Below, one piece after another: positions 19,726-30,307 of a DNA stretch of 64,000 bases. The translations under genes and the position numbers were made by a program. The stretch lies in assembly GCA_965277805.1 (NCBI GenBank), contig OZ255842.1, positions 1,248,001 through 1,312,000 of the forward strand. The letters are read 5' to 3'. Numbering within the stretch: position 1 is the stretch's first letter; each line of letters begins with the position of its first letter. This stretch comes from Candidatus Lustribacter sp. Its GTDB lineage: Bacteria; Vulcanimicrobiota; Vulcanimicrobiia; Vulcanimicrobiales; Vulcanimicrobiaceae. Under the pieces are notes generated by a model, which was not told the origin of the DNA, ran no database searches, and worked only from the letters and a program-made list of their open reading frames with translations.

Positions 19726-20130
19726 ATGGGCGTAATCACCGATCCGATCGCCGATCTGCTGACGCGCATTCGCAACGCGAATACCGCCAATCACCAGACC
19801 GTCGACATTCCGGCCTCCAAGATGAAGAAAGCCGTCGCGCAGATTCTCGCCGACGAAGGCTTCGTCACGGCCGTCGAAGAGCTGAAGACCGAAGGTCCGC
19901 AAGGCACGCTTCGCATCCAGCTCAAGTACGGTCCGGAAAAAGAGAAAGTCATCACCGGTCTGCGGCGCATTTCGCGTCCCGGGCTGCGCGTCTACACGAC
20001 GAAGACCGAGATCCCGCGCGTTCTGGGCGGCCTCGGCCTCGTGATCATGTCGACTTCCAAGGGCATCATGTCGGGCAAACGCGCCAAGCGCGAAGGCTTC
20101 GGCGGTGAAGTCCTCGCGTACGTGTGGTAA
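19726..20130 (+). CDS. rpsH: 30S ribosomal protein S8
   Basis: [32 protein letters not shown]. Confidence 0.99.
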   Translation: MGVITDPIADLLTRIRNANTANHQTVDIPASKMKKAVAQILADEGFVTAVEELKTEGPQGTLRIQLKYGPEKEKVITGLRRISRPGLRVYTTKTEIPRVLGGLGLVIMSTSKGIMSGKRAKREGFGGEVLAYVW

Positions 20131-20136
20131 TCAGCT

Positions 20137-20688
20137 ATGTCACGAATTGGTAAGCTTCCGATCACCGTCCCCAGCGGCGTCATCGTCGACCTCGCCGAGG
20201 GCAGCGTGAAGGTCAAGGGTCCCAAGGGCGAGCTCTCGCAGCACGTGCTCGCGAACGTCGTCGAGCTCAAGCTCGAAGACGGCGTGATCACCGTGTCGCG
20301 CAAGACCGAAGACAAGCCGGGCCGCTCGGCGCACGGGCTCACGCGCACGCTGATCAACAACATGATCGAAGGCGTCACGAAGGGCTTCCGCAAGAGCCTC
20401 GAGCTGCAAGGCGTCGGTTACCGCGTCAACAAGGCCGGCAACGATCTCAACTTCTCGCTCGGTTACTCGCACCCGGTCGTCTACAAGGCGCCGGCGGGTA
20501 TCGCGTTCGCGGTCGAGGGCACGACGAAAGTGCACGTCGACGGCATCGACAAGCAGAAGGTCGGCCAAGTCGCCGCCGAGATCCGCGACCTCCGCCCGCC
20601 CGAACCGTATAAGGGTAAAGGCGTCCGCTACGAGGGCGAAGTCGTCCGCAAGAAGCTGGGTAAAGCCGGCAAAGCAGGTAAGAAGTAA
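20137..20688 (+). CDS. rplF: 50S ribosomal protein L6
   Basis: [21 protein letters not shown]. Confidence 0.99.
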   Translation: MSRIGKLPITVPSGVIVDLAEGSVKVKGPKGELSQHVLANVVELKLEDGVITVSRKTEDKPGRSAHGLTRTLINNMIEGVTKGFRKSLELQGVGYRVNKAGNDLNFSLGYSHPVVYKAPAGIAFAVEGTTKVHVDGIDKQKVGQVAAEIRDLRPPEPYKGKGVRYEGEVVRKKLGKAGKAGKK

Positions 20689-21056
20689 TGGCAGCCAAGG
20701 TTTCGCGTACCGTTCAGCGCCTGAAGCGCCACGGTCGCGTTCGCAAAAAGGTCATCGGAACGGAAGCGCGTCCGCGCTTGCAGATCTTCCGCAGCCTGCA
20801 CCACACCTACGCGTTCGTCGTCGACGATTCGAAGGGCCACACGCTCGTCACCGCGTCGACGCGCGAAGGCGCCGTTTCCGACGGCCTCGGTTCGCGTACC
20901 AACATCGACGCCGCGACCAAGATCGGTCAAACGATCGCGGAGCGCGCCAAAGCCAAGGGCATCACTTCGGTGGTGTTCGACACCTCGGGTCTGAAGTATC
21001 ACGGCCGCGTGGCCGCGCTTGCCGCCGCCGCCCGTGAAGCGGGACTGGACTTCTAA
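20688..21056 (+). CDS. rplR: 50S ribosomal protein L18
   Basis: [26 protein letters not shown]. Confidence 0.98.
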   Translation: MAAKVSRTVQRLKRHGRVRKKVIGTEARPRLQIFRSLHHTYAFVVDDSKGHTLVTASTREGAVSDGLGSRTNIDAATKIGQTIAERAKAKGITSVVFDTSGLKYHGRVAALAAAAREAGLDF

Positions 21057-21058
21057 GC

Positions 21059-21565
21059 ATGTATAATCGCAGTCGCGACCGCGACAATCAGGGTTTCGAA
21101 GAGACCGTCGTCCGCATCAACCGCGTGGCGAAGGTCGTCAAGGGCGGTAAACGCTTCTCGTTCTCGGCGCTGGTCGTCGTCGGCGATAAGAAGGGCCGCG
21201 TCGGCTTCGCCATCGGCAAGGCCGGCGAAGTTCCCGAAGCGATCCGCAAAGGCGTCGAGCAGGCGCGCAAAGAGCTGATCACCGTGCCGATGGTCGAGAA
21301 GACGATCCCGCACATGGTCAACACGCACATCGGTGCGGGACACGTACTGCTCAAGCCGGCCGCGCCCGGTACCGGCGTCATCGCGGGCGGCGCCATGCGC
21401 GCCGTACTCGAGCTGGCCGGCATCCACGACATCCTGACGAAGTCGCTCGGTTCGAACAACCCCATCAACGTCGTTCTCGCGACGTTCCACGCGCTCAAGT
21501 CGCTCAAGACCGCCGAACAAGTCGCGCAACTGCGCGGCAAGACGGTCGCTGAGCTCTACGCTTAA
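21059..21565 (+). CDS. rpsE: 30S ribosomal protein S5
   Basis: [24 protein letters not shown]. Confidence 0.99.
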   Translation: MYNRSRDRDNQGFEETVVRINRVAKVVKGGKRFSFSALVVVGDKKGRVGFAIGKAGEVPEAIRKGVEQARKELITVPMVEKTIPHMVNTHIGAGHVLLKPAAPGTGVIAGGAMRAVLELAGIHDILTKSLGSNNPINVVLATFHALKSLKTAEQVAQLRGKTVAELYA

Positions 21566-21574
21566 GGCATCACC

Positions 21575-22078
21575 ATGGCAGACGAAACGAAGTCCGGTCC
21601 GTACACGCTGGCGAGTCTCAAACCCAACCCGCACTCCCGTCCGAAGCGCACGCGCGTCGGCCGCGGGCATGGTTCGGGCATGGTCAAGACCGGCGGCGAG
21701 GGCGGTAAGGGTCAGACCGTGCGTTCAGGCGGCGGCAAGGGCCCCGCGTTCGAAGGCGGACAGACGCCGTGGGCACGCCGTTTGCCGCAGCGCAAGGGCG
21801 TCTCGCAGAAGGCTCGCGACATCGGCCATTTCCGGCAGACCTACGCCGTGATCAACATCGGCGATCTCGCCGATTGGGACGTCTCGATCGAAGTGTCGCC
21901 GCAATCGCTGCAGCAGCACGCGGGCATCAAGGACCTCAAGGACGGCGTCAAGGTGCTCGGCGGAGCGAAGAAGGGCGGCAAGCTGCCGACCGGTCTCAAA
22001 TTCCGCGACGTCCTGTTCTCGTCGACCGCGCGCGAAGCACTGAGCGCGGCGGGCGCCAACCTCGGCGAAGAGAGCTAA
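21575..22078 (+). CDS. rplO: 50S ribosomal protein L15
   Basis: RVGRGHGSG, KGQTVRSG, FEGGQTP; precedes secY. Confidence 0.95.
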   Translation: MADETKSGPYTLASLKPNPHSRPKRTRVGRGHGSGMVKTGGEGGKGQTVRSGGGKGPAFEGGQTPWARRLPQRKGVSQKARDIGHFRQTYAVINIGDLADWDVSIEVSPQSLQQHAGIKDLKDGVKVLGGAKKGGKLPTGLKFRDVLFSSTAREALSAAGANLGEES

Positions 22079-22088
22079 AGATTCCGCT

Positions 22089-23378
22089 TTGCTGAACACC
22101 CTTCGCAACGCACTGCTCGTTCCCGAAATCCGCAAGCGGGTCGGGTTCGTCTTTTTTGCGTTTGCCGTCTTCGTGTTCATGATCCACGTCCAGCTTCCGA
22201 ACGTCGACCAGCAGAAGTGGCAGACGGTCATCGCATCGGGCGCGTTCTACCAGTTCTTAGGCTTCCTCTCGGGCGGCGCGCTCCAGAAGCTTTCGATCAT
22301 CGCGATGGGCATCACGCCCTACATCAACGCCTCGATCATCATGCAGTTGATGACGGTCGTGATTCCGCAGCTCGAAGAGATGGCCAAGAAAGGCGGCGAG
22401 GAAGGCCGCAAAACGATCAGCCGCTACACGCGCTGGCTCACGATCGTGCTGGCGTGCGTGCAAGCGTTCTCGATGTCGGTGGCCATGAATCGTTCGGGCG
22501 TGTTCTACGACACGTCGTGGCTGTTCGTCGCCTACGCGGCGCTCTCGTTCGTCTCGGGCACGATCTTCCTGATGTGGCTGGGCGAGCAGATCACCGACAA
22601 GGGCATCGGCAACGGCATCTCGCTGATCATCTTCGTCGGCATCGTGCTGCGTTTTCCGAGCCAAATCGGGCAGACGTTCCAGCTCGCCGGCACCGGCAGC
22701 GTCAACTATCTGGGCCTGATCCTGTGGCTCGCGATCGCGCTGATTACGATCGTCTCGATCGTCTTCATGTATCAGGGGCAGCGTCGCATCCCGGTGCAGC
22801 AAGCGCGCCGCGTGGTCGGCCGCAAGATGTTCGCCGGCCGCTCGAGCTACATTCCGCTGCGCCTCAACAACGCCGGCGTCATCTCGATCATCTTCGCGAT
22901 CTCGATCCTGCTCTTGCCGCAGCAAGCACTCTCGTGGTTCAGCGCTAGCGGCAAGCCCGGCATCGGCCAAGACATCGCCACGTTCTTGCAGCTGCACTTC
23001 TCGAGCACGTCGATCGCCTACAACGTCGTCTATTTCTTGCTGGTCGTGATCTTCACGTTCTTCTATTCCTCGATCGTGGTGAACACCAAAGACATCGCCG
23101 ACAACCTCAAAAAGTCGGGCTCGTTCATCCCCGGCATCCGGCCCGGCGATCCGACCGTGCAGTACATCAACAAGATTCTCTTCCGCATCACGGCCGCCGC
23201 CGCGGTGTACCTGGGCCTGCTCGCCGTGTTGCCGTCGCTGCAGCAGTCGACCGGACTCACGCAGCTCTACATCGGCTCGACCTCGCTGCTGATCGTGGTC
23301 GGCGTGGCGCTCGACTCGATCACCCAGATCGAAGCGCGCCTCGCGATGCGCGACTACCGCGGGTTCATCAAGAAGTGA
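22089..23378 (+). CDS. secY: Preprotein translocase subunit SecY
   Basis: GITPYINASIIMQL, GIGNGISLIIF, FIPGIRPG; multiple TM helices; TTG start. Confidence 0.99.
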   Translation: MLNTLRNALLVPEIRKRVGFVFFAFAVFVFMIHVQLPNVDQQKWQTVIASGAFYQFLGFLSGGALQKLSIIAMGITPYINASIIMQLMTVVIPQLEEMAKKGGEEGRKTISRYTRWLTIVLACVQAFSMSVAMNRSGVFYDTSWLFVAYAALSFVSGTIFLMWLGEQITDKGIGNGISLIIFVGIVLRFPSQIGQTFQLAGTGSVNYLGLILWLAIALITIVSIVFMYQGQRRIPVQQARRVVGRKMFAGRSSYIPLRLNNAGVISIIFAISILLLPQQALSWFSASGKPGIGQDIATFLQLHFSSTSIAYNVVYFLLVVIFTFFYSSIVVNTKDIADNLKKSGSFIPGIRPGDPTVQYINKILFRITAAAAVYLGLLAVLPSLQQSTGLTQLYIGSTSLLIVVGVALDSITQIEARLAMRDYRGFIKK

Positions 23379-24028
23379 TCCTCGTATTCTTGGGCCCGCC
23401 CGGCGCCGGGAAGGGCACGCAGGCCAAGATTCTCGAGGACCGTTTCGGCTACCGGCAGATTTCGACCGGCGACATGCTGCGCCGTCATCGCAACGAGAAG
23501 ACGGCGCTCGGCCTGGAAGCGCAGGGCTATATGGACGCGGGCAAACTCGTGCCCGATGACCTCGTCATCCGGATGGTCGAAGCCGAACTCGCCAACGCCG
23601 ATAACGTGATCGTTGACGGCTTCCCGCGCACGATTCCGCAAGCCCAAGCGTTCGACTTGTTGCTCGATGCGAAGGGCCTCAAGTCCGTCGCGGTGATCTT
23701 CGACGTCGATAACAGCGTGCTGATCGACCGCATCACCGGCCGCTGGTCGAACCCGCGCACCGGCCGCGTCTATCATCAGAAGTTCAACCCGCCTAAGGTC
23801 GCCGGCATCGATGACGAAGACGGCGGACCGCTCGTGCAGCGTCCCGACGACGCCGCCGACGTGGTCACCAAACGCCTGGTCGAATACGACGAAAAGACCG
23901 CGCCGCTGATCGAGCACTACGAAAAGCACGGCGATTTCGTGCACGTTAACGGGCTCGGTGAGATCGGCGACGTCACGCGCGCGATCATCGCGAAATTGCC
24001 CGACGTCGGTAAAAACTCAGCCGCATGA
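23375..24028 (+). CDS. adk: Adenylate kinase
   Basis: GPPGAGKGTQ P-loop, STGDMLR, DGFPRT. Confidence 0.98.
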   Translation: MILVFLGPPGAGKGTQAKILEDRFGYRQISTGDMLRRHRNEKTALGLEAQGYMDAGKLVPDDLVIRMVEAELANADNVIVDGFPRTIPQAQAFDLLLDAKGLKSVAVIFDVDNSVLIDRITGRWSNPRTGRVYHQKFNPPKVAGIDDEDGGPLVQRPDDAADVVTKRLVEYDEKTAPLIEHYEKHGDFVHVNGLGEIGDVTRAIIAKLPDVGKNSAA

Positions 24029-24825
24029 TCACGATAAAATCGGCGCGCGAGATCGAACTGATGCGCGTCAGCGGCAAGATCACGGCCAAAACGCTCTCGA
24101 TGCTGATGAAGACGGTCAAGGCCGGCATGACGACGGCCGAGATCGACAAAATGGCCGAAGAATCGATCCGCTCGATGGGCGGCACCCCGACGTTCATCGG
24201 CTACAACGGCTACGCGCACACGCTGTGCACCTCGGTCAACGAGGAAGTCGTTCACGGCATCCCCGGACCGCGCGTCCTCAAAGACGGCGATCTGCTCTCG
24301 CTCGACCTCGGCACGACGCTCGAGGGCTACGTCTCCGACTCGGCCGTGACGATCCCGATCGGCAACGTCAGCGCGGAGGCCAAGCGCCTGATGACCGTCA
24401 CCCAAGAATGTTTGATGCTCGGCATCGCGCAGATGCAGGCCGGCAATCGCCTCGGCGATATCGGCCATGCCGTGCAGCAGCACGCCGAGAAGCACGGCTA
24501 CGGTGTGGTCCGCCAGCTCGTCGGCCACGGCGTGGGAACCAAGCTCCATGAAGAGCCCCAAGTTCCCAACTACGGCACCCCCGGGCACGGCACACAGCTC
24601 CGTCCGGGCCTGGTTCTGGCCATCGAACCGATGATCACCGAGGCCAGCTACGAGGTCGAAACCCTCGACGACGGCTGGACGGTTATCACGGAAGATGGTA
24701 AACTAGCTGCGCACTTCGAGCATACCATCGCCGTAACCAACGAGGGTCCCCGGATCCTCACCCTGCGGGACTACGCCGAACATCCCGACGTGAACCGCTA
24801 CCGTCCCAAAGAAGAAGCAGCATGA
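24025..24825 (+). CDS. map: Methionine aminopeptidase type I
   Basis: [32 protein letters not shown]. Confidence 0.98.
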   Translation: MITIKSAREIELMRVSGKITAKTLSMLMKTVKAGMTTAEIDKMAEESIRSMGGTPTFIGYNGYAHTLCTSVNEEVVHGIPGPRVLKDGDLLSLDLGTTLEGYVSDSAVTIPIGNVSAEAKRLMTVTQECLMLGIAQMQAGNRLGDIGHAVQQHAEKHGYGVVRQLVGHGVGTKLHEEPQVPNYGTPGHGTQLRPGLVLAIEPMITEASYEVETLDDGWTVITEDGKLAAHFEHTIAVTNEGPRILTLRDYAEHPDVNRYRPKEEAA

Positions 24826-24938
24826 AAGTCCGTCCGTCCGTCAAGCGCATCTGTGATGCGTGCAAAATCATTCGCCGCGAAGGCAAAGTGCGCGTGATCT
24901 GCAGCGTCAATCCTAAGCACAAACAGGTTCAGGGGTAA
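24822..24938 (+). CDS. rpmJ: 50S ribosomal protein L36 (not in ORF track)
   Basis: Hand translation: [42 protein letters not shown] overlap with map stop. Confidence 0.97.
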   Translation: MKVRPSVKRICDACKIIRREGKVRVICSVNPKHKQVQG

Positions 24939-24942
24939 CTCA

Positions 24943-25320
24943 ATGGCGCGTATTTCCGGCATCGATCTTCCGCGCGACAAGCGCATCGAGATCGCCCTCA
25001 CGTACATCTTCGGCATCGGTCTTCCGACGTCGAAGAAACTGCTCGCCCAAACGGGCGTCAGCCCGGACGTGCGCGTGAAAGACCTCTCGGGCGAAGACGA
25101 AAACAAGCTGCGCGAAGCGGTCGACGCGATGAAGGTCGAAGGCGACCTGCGCCGCGAGATCGCCGGTCATATCAAGCGCCTCACCGACATCGGCTGCTAC
25201 CGCGGCCTGCGTCACCGCCGCGGCCTGCCCGTGCGCGGCCAGCGTACGAAAACGAACGCGCGTACCCGCAAGGGCCCCAAGCGCACCGTTGCCGGCAAGA
25301 AGAAAGCCGCCAAGAAGTAA
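24943..25320 (+). CDS. rpsM: 30S ribosomal protein S13
   Basis: [36 protein letters not shown]. Confidence 0.99.
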   Translation: MARISGIDLPRDKRIEIALTYIFGIGLPTSKKLLAQTGVSPDVRVKDLSGEDENKLREAVDAMKVEGDLRREIAGHIKRLTDIGCYRGLRHRRGLPVRGQRTKTNARTRKGPKRTVAGKKKAAKK

Positions 25321-25343
25321 CGTTCAACCGCGTACTGTGATGC

Positions 25344-25376
25344 GAAGGACCGGCCCCGTGCCGGTCCTTTTCGTTT
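25344..25376 (+). terminator. Intrinsic terminator after rpsM
   Basis: GAAGGACCGGC-CCCGT-GCCGGTCCTTT followed by TCGTTT. Confidence 0.85.
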
Positions 25377-25397
25377 GGGCCGCGAAGCAGAGCGGCC

Positions 25398-25835
25398 ATG
25401 GAACGCGGAAAGTTTTCCGGTTTCGACCACGTCGATGCGCGCGTGCGCGACCTCGCCGCGGCGCGCACGTTTTACGACGCGCTCATGCCCGCGCTCGGCC
25501 TGACCCACATCTACGAAGAAGACGGGCAAGTCGAGTACTATCATCCGCCGCTGGTCGCCAACGCGCCGCGGCCGTTCTTCGGCCTGCACGAAGATCCGGC
25601 GCATATTCCCAATGAAACGTGCATCGCGTTCACCGCGGCCACGCCGGGCGATGTGGACCGGCTGGCGGCGATCGCCCGCGCCGCCGGCGCTGCGGAAATG
25701 GAAGGCCCGGAGATCCCGTATTCCTCCGAACGCTACTACGCCGTCTTCTTCCGCGACCCGAGCGGCAACCGCATTGAAATCTGCTACCGCCGCCCGCACG
25801 AAGACCGCAGCGAAGCCCTCGCTGCCGCCACGTAA
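25398..25835 (+). CDS. VOC/glyoxalase family protein
   Basis: FDHVDARVRDLAAARTFY, YYAVFFRDPSGNRIE. Confidence 0.9.
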   Translation: MERGKFSGFDHVDARVRDLAAARTFYDALMPALGLTHIYEEDGQVEYYHPPLVANAPRPFFGLHEDPAHIPNETCIAFTAATPGDVDRLAAIARAAGAAEMEGPEIPYSSERYYAVFFRDPSGNRIEICYRRPHEDRSEALAAAT

Positions 25836-25909
25836 GCCGCCCGGCTGGAACGGAATTTCGTCAATCGCGAAGAATCTTGAAAGCAATTGCCGACCCGGAG
25901 GATTTGCGC

Positions 25910-26416
25910 ATGAGCCAGACGACCAGCCAGTCAGCATCCGCCAAGCCCAAACCGGCGCTGAACCTGCGCTTTCTCTCGCACGGCACCCTCGAATCGGCGG
26001 ATCTCGAGAAGACGCGCACGTTCTACGAAGAGTTTCTCGGGCTCGAAGTGCATCGCACGAGCCCCGTCTCGTTGATGGTGCGGCTCGGCGGCCAGCACGT
26101 CTACGCCGTGGTGCAATCGAAGGGCGGCTCCGAGATGCCGTTTCTCAACCACAACGGCCTCGACGTCGAGACGCGGGAAGAGGTCGACGAAGCGTACCGC
26201 ATCGCGTGCGAGCAAGCCGAGAAGTGGGGCCTGCGCAAGCTGAGCAAACCGGCGCTGCAACACGGCACGTACAGCTTCTACTTTTGGGACGCCGACGGCA
26301 ACGCGTGGGAGATCCTGACGAATCCGAAGGGCGGCTACTCCTGGATCTTCGAGATGGGCGATCTCGAGGGCAAAGGTCACATGGCGCGCGATTTCCTCGC
26401 CGGAAGGCCGGAGTAA
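25910..26416 (+). CDS. VOC/glyoxalase/extradiol dioxygenase family protein
   Basis: LSHGTLESADLEKTRTFYEEFLG, NHNGL, FYFWDADGNAWE; GGAGGA RBS before ATG 25910. Confidence 0.88.
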   Translation: MSQTTSQSASAKPKPALNLRFLSHGTLESADLEKTRTFYEEFLGLEVHRTSPVSLMVRLGGQHVYAVVQSKGGSEMPFLNHNGLDVETREEVDEAYRIACEQAEKWGLRKLSKPALQHGTYSFYFWDADGNAWEILTNPKGGYSWIFEMGDLEGKGHMARDFLAGRPE

Positions 26417-26429
26417 CGGCGCTCGATCC

Positions 26430-27386
26430 GTGCAGCTCGTTACCCTAAAGCGGGGCCGCACGGCCGGCGTGATGGTCGGCGACGACGTGCTCGATTTCGT
26501 GACGGCGCGTGAGTCGCTCCAAGCGGCGCGTCTGATCCCGCCGAGCGTTCGCGGGATTCTCGAAGGCGGTGACGCCGCGCTCGATCTCGTGCGCCGCGCG
26601 ATCGACGCGTGCACGAGCGACGGCGTGCGCGAACGGCTGCGGGCTGCCGGCGCGTTGACCAAGCGCGATGCGACCCCGCTGTTCGCGCCGATTCCCGATC
26701 CGGGCATGATCCTCTCGTGCGGGCTCAATTATCACGCGCATCTGCGTGAGATGGCGACGCCGGTGCCCGATGCGCCGACCGCGTTCACGAAGAATGCCGC
26801 CCAGCTGATTGGTCCCGAAGATGCGATCGTGCTGCCGCCCAAGCATTCCGACATGGTGGATTGGGAAGGCGAGTTCAGCGTCGTGATCGGGCGGCCCGCT
26901 TACAACGTGAGCGAACGCGAGGCACTCGATTACGTAGGCGGTTACACGCTGATCAACGACGTCTCGGCGCGCGATTGGGTAGCGCCGGTGTTTCGCGCGA
27001 CCGGTGTGATGGGCCCCATCCTGGCCTGGGAACAGAACCTGCTCGGCAAGCAGTTCCCGACGTTCTGTCCTATGGGTCCGGTTGTGGTGACGCCCGACGA
27101 AATCGGCGACGTCGAGAATGTCGAGCTCTCGACGCTGCTTAACGGCGAGGTGATGCAGTCGGCAAACACCAGCGACCTCGTGTTCGGCGTGCGCAAACTC
27201 ATCGCGTACTATTCGCAGTTCTACGCGTTCCGGCCGGGTGACGTGATCACGACCGGTTCGCCGTCAGGCGTCGGCTATGGACGCGATCCGAAAGTCTTCA
27301 TGCACGACGGCGACCGCATCGAAGTACGCGCCGGCGCCATCGGCGTGCTGGCTAACCCGGTCTGCGCCGTTTCCCCGCTTCCGTGA
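26430..27386 (+). CDS. Fumarylacetoacetate hydrolase family protein
   Basis: GLNYHAH, VDWEGE, NDVSARD, GDVITTGSPSGVG. Confidence 0.93.
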   Translation: MQLVTLKRGRTAGVMVGDDVLDFVTARESLQAARLIPPSVRGILEGGDAALDLVRRAIDACTSDGVRERLRAAGALTKRDATPLFAPIPDPGMILSCGLNYHAHLREMATPVPDAPTAFTKNAAQLIGPEDAIVLPPKHSDMVDWEGEFSVVIGRPAYNVSEREALDYVGGYTLINDVSARDWVAPVFRATGVMGPILAWEQNLLGKQFPTFCPMGPVVVTPDEIGDVENVELSTLLNGEVMQSANTSDLVFGVRKLIAYYSQFYAFRPGDVITTGSPSGVGYGRDPKVFMHDGDRIEVRAGAIGVLANPVCAVSPLP

Positions 27387-27906
27387 GCAGCGCGCGCAGA
27401 TAGCGCGTCGGCTGCGTCGGACCGAGCCCGTCGTGCGGCGGCAACGGTTGGCCCTTGCTGCGCGCGAGTTCGTGCGCCGTCAGATAGGCGTAGAGCGCAT
27501 CGTAGACGGGAAGGCTCCGCGTGATGATCGCCGCGTCATCGTCCTCGAGCAGCATCGTGCCCTCGGAAATCGCGAGCAGTCCGAGCGCCGCTTGTAACTC
27601 CTGCGTTTCCGGCTGCTCGTTCTGGAGCACGTAGGCGATTCCGGCTTGGATGATTCGCGCGAGCGCGTGGAGGCTCGGATCATCCAGCTGGTACTTCGCG
27701 AGCAATTTGGCGAACGTGCTGCCCGCTTCGTCGTGCGGCCCGATCTCCGCCCCGGGCAACGCGAAGGGGATCGCGTCTGCCGGCTGCTGCGCCTCTTGGC
27801 CCCACGGCACGAAAACGAAAACCGCATCCGGATCGATGAAACGTTTGATCAGCCACGGCGACGCCACGCGATCGAGGTGCACGAAATCCCGCGTTACCCA
27901 CTTCAT
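27352..27906 (-). CDS. ChrB-domain (chromate resistance-like) protein
   Basis: MKWVTR..HLDRVASPWLIKRFIDPDAVF resembles the ChrB C-terminal domain; ends near YDALY. Confidence 0.8.
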   Translation of the reverse strand: MKWVTRDFVHLDRVASPWLIKRFIDPDAVFVFVPWGQEAQQPADAIPFALPGAEIGPHDEAGSTFAKLLAKYQLDDPSLHALARIIQAGIAYVLQNEQPETQELQAALGLLAISEGTMLLEDDDAAIITRSLPVYDALYAYLTAHELARSKGQPLPPHDGLGPTQPTRYLRALLTEAGKRRRPG

Positions 27907-27928
27907 CTCGCCTCCAATGCGCTTTCGG

Positions 27929-28879
27929 CTAAATCGGCAGGTCGATTTCGCGTCCGCGCCCTGCTTTCACGCAGGCGTCGTAGACGTAGTTGGCCGCGGC
28001 CATGTCCCAGAGCGCGACGCCGAGGGATTCGAACATGGTGATCTGATCGGCGCTCGTGCGGCCCGGCGTTTTGCCGGTGACGATGTCGCTGAGCAGAACG
28101 GCGCGTGACCAGTCCCATGCGCCGGCTTTTTCGGCCTCGATCAGATCGCCCGATTCGACCTTCGCTTGCGCGAGGTCTTCGAGCGCGACGATGCCGGCGC
28201 GGCGCACCACGTCGCCATCGATCTCGGCCGACGTCGCGCGGTTCGAACCGGCGGCGTTGACGTGCGTGCCCGGATCGAGCATCGAACCGAGGACGAGCGG
28301 GGTCGAGGCGCTGGTCATCGTCGTTACGACGTGCGCGCCGCGCACGGCGTTCGCAACGCTGTCCGCCGCTTCGACCGGAATCTTCAAGAGGGCGCTCATC
28401 TCGCCGCAGAACTTCGCCGTATGTTCGGGGTTGCGGCCGGCGGCGCGCGCGTGCGTGATCGGACGCGCGCGGCAGACGGCCTCGAGCTGCGTGCGCGCTT
28501 GCCAGCCGGTGCCGATGATGGCGGCGACGCTCGCGTCGGGGCGCGCCATCAGCCGCGTCGCGAGGCCGGATGCGGCGCCCGTGCGGATCTGTCCGAGCCG
28601 GTTGGCTTGGATCAGCGCGATCATCTTTGCGTCGCTGCCGTAGACGGTAACGACGAAGTTCGCGTGGCCGGCGCCGATCGGGTAGCACTTGTGACCGATG
28701 CGCCCGTCGAGACCTGCGCCCATCAGGTTCATGCGCACGCCGGTGGTGAACGGACGCTGACGCGGGGTGTTGGAGGCGGTGCCTGCTGCGAGCGCGCGCG
28801 CGGCGGCGTCCAGCAGGTCGATCGTGGTGGCAACGTCGAGGGTTGCGTCGACGTCTTCTTCGGTAATAAAGCGAACCAT
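27929..28879 (-). CDS. Ornithine cyclodeaminase/mu-crystallin family protein
   Basis: RTGAASG, IGTGWQA Rossmann motif, GTHVNAAGS, FESLGVALWD; start set at MVRFITEEDV. Confidence 0.92.
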   Translation of the reverse strand: MVRFITEEDVDATLDVATTIDLLDAAARALAAGTASNTPRQRPFTTGVRMNLMGAGLDGRIGHKCYPIGAGHANFVVTVYGSDAKMIALIQANRLGQIRTGAASGLATRLMARPDASVAAIIGTGWQARTQLEAVCRARPITHARAAGRNPEHTAKFCGEMSALLKIPVEAADSVANAVRGAHVVTTMTSASTPLVLGSMLDPGTHVNAAGSNRATSAEIDGDVVRRAGIVALEDLAQAKVESGDLIEAEKAGAWDWSRAVLLSDIVTGKTPGRTSADQITMFESLGVALWDMAAANYVYDACVKAGRGREIDLPI

Positions 28880-28939
28880 GAACGCTGGAAACCAGCCCAT
28901 CGGCGGGCGTTTGCAGCGCGCGGGTCGTACGGCGCACCT

Positions 28940-30307
28940 ATGGAGGCGAATGGATCGGCTCGTCGCGGCAGCGTCCTCGCGCTGACTGCGGCGTGCATCG
29001 TATATGCGGTAGCCCTTACGCTGCTCGGCGCCGATCGCTACCTGAGTTACAAATCGGGCGGGGACCTCGGCGAGTTCGTGCAGACGATCTCGACGCCGTT
29101 CTCGGGCTTCGGCGACATCCCCGAGGGCGGCAGCCACTTTCTCCATCATTTCTCGCCGCTGCTCTACCTCTGCTCGCCGCTGCTGTTGCTGACCCACTCG
29201 CCGATCGTGCTCAACGTGGTGCAAGGCATCGCCGGAGCGCTGGTCGCGCCGGCCATCTTCTTGCTCGTGCGCAAACGCGCCGGTGCGCGGCTCGGGCTGC
29301 TCGCGGCCTGCGTCTCGCTGCTCTACCCGGCGCTCGTCGGCGTGTCGTTCACGGAGTTCAGCGAGAACGTCTTCGCGCCGGCGACGATCGCGTGGCTGGC
29401 ATGGGCCGTCGACGCGCGCCGCTGGCGGTGGGCCGCCGTGCTGGTGGCTGTCGGTCTCGCCATTAAAGAAGATGAAGCACTGATGTTCATCGTGCTCGGT
29501 GCGGGCTTCGCGGTGTGGGCCAAGCGGCGCGGCGACGTGCCGCTGTTCCGTTTCGCGGCCGCTACGGCGATCGCGGGGGTGCTCACGTTGCTGCTGTTCT
29601 TCGCCGTCGTGCGGCCGCTGGTGGGCGGGCACGACACGTGGTTTGCCTTCAGCTACATTACGAACCCGAACGTCTCGCAAGAAGGCATCATGGCCGTGCT
29701 CGGCCGGCTGAGCTATCTGCTCGAAGCGTTGGTTCCGCTCTGCTTCGTACCGGTGTTCGGCTGGCCCGCGCTGATCGTCGTGCCGGGCCTGATCGAAGTG
29801 CTGTCATCGCGCTGGCCCTACACCTACACGATGGGCCAGCACTACGCCGGCGTGTGGATCGGCGAGATGCTCGTCGCCTACGGGCTCGTGCTTGCCGCGA
29901 TCGCGCGCGTGCGGGGCCCGCGCTTCGCTTCACGTTTGGCGATCGCATCGATCGTGATCTGTCTCTTGAATCTCGGTCTCGCCTCGCCGACGCACTGGCG
30001 GCATTACCTCGGTCCGGTGACGGCGCACGATCGCGCGATCGACGCGGTCATCGCGATCCTGCCGCCGGATGCCGATGTCGGAACGCACGATGAGATCTAC
30101 AGCCATCTCGGCTTCGATCCGAACGCGCGCAACGAGTGGGCCTCGCAGCCGCAATACATCCTCGTCGACAACCAGTACCCGTCGGATTACTGGCACACGG
30201 TGCAGCGTCCGCAACTCGACGCGCTGATCCGCCGGCACGTCTACGCGCTCGTGCGCGCCGACGACGGGGTGGAACTCTACCGGAAGAACGCCAGCAGCGC
30301 GTCGTAG
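28940..30307 (+). CDS. DUF2079-like polytopic membrane protein (putative GT-C glycosyltransferase)
   Basis: DLGEFVQ, HHFSPLL, IKEDEAL motifs; many TM segments; start at MEANG. Confidence 0.75.
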   Translation: MEANGSARRGSVLALTAACIVYAVALTLLGADRYLSYKSGGDLGEFVQTISTPFSGFGDIPEGGSHFLHHFSPLLYLCSPLLLLTHSPIVLNVVQGIAGALVAPAIFLLVRKRAGARLGLLAACVSLLYPALVGVSFTEFSENVFAPATIAWLAWAVDARRWRWAAVLVAVGLAIKEDEALMFIVLGAGFAVWAKRRGDVPLFRFAAATAIAGVLTLLLFFAVVRPLVGGHDTWFAFSYITNPNVSQEGIMAVLGRLSYLLEALVPLCFVPVFGWPALIVVPGLIEVLSSRWPYTYTMGQHYAGVWIGEMLVAYGLVLAAIARVRGPRFASRLAIASIVICLLNLGLASPTHWRHYLGPVTAHDRAIDAVIAILPPDADVGTHDEIYSHLGFDPNARNEWASQPQYILVDNQYPSDYWHTVQRPQLDALIRRHVYALVRADDGVELYRKNASSAS

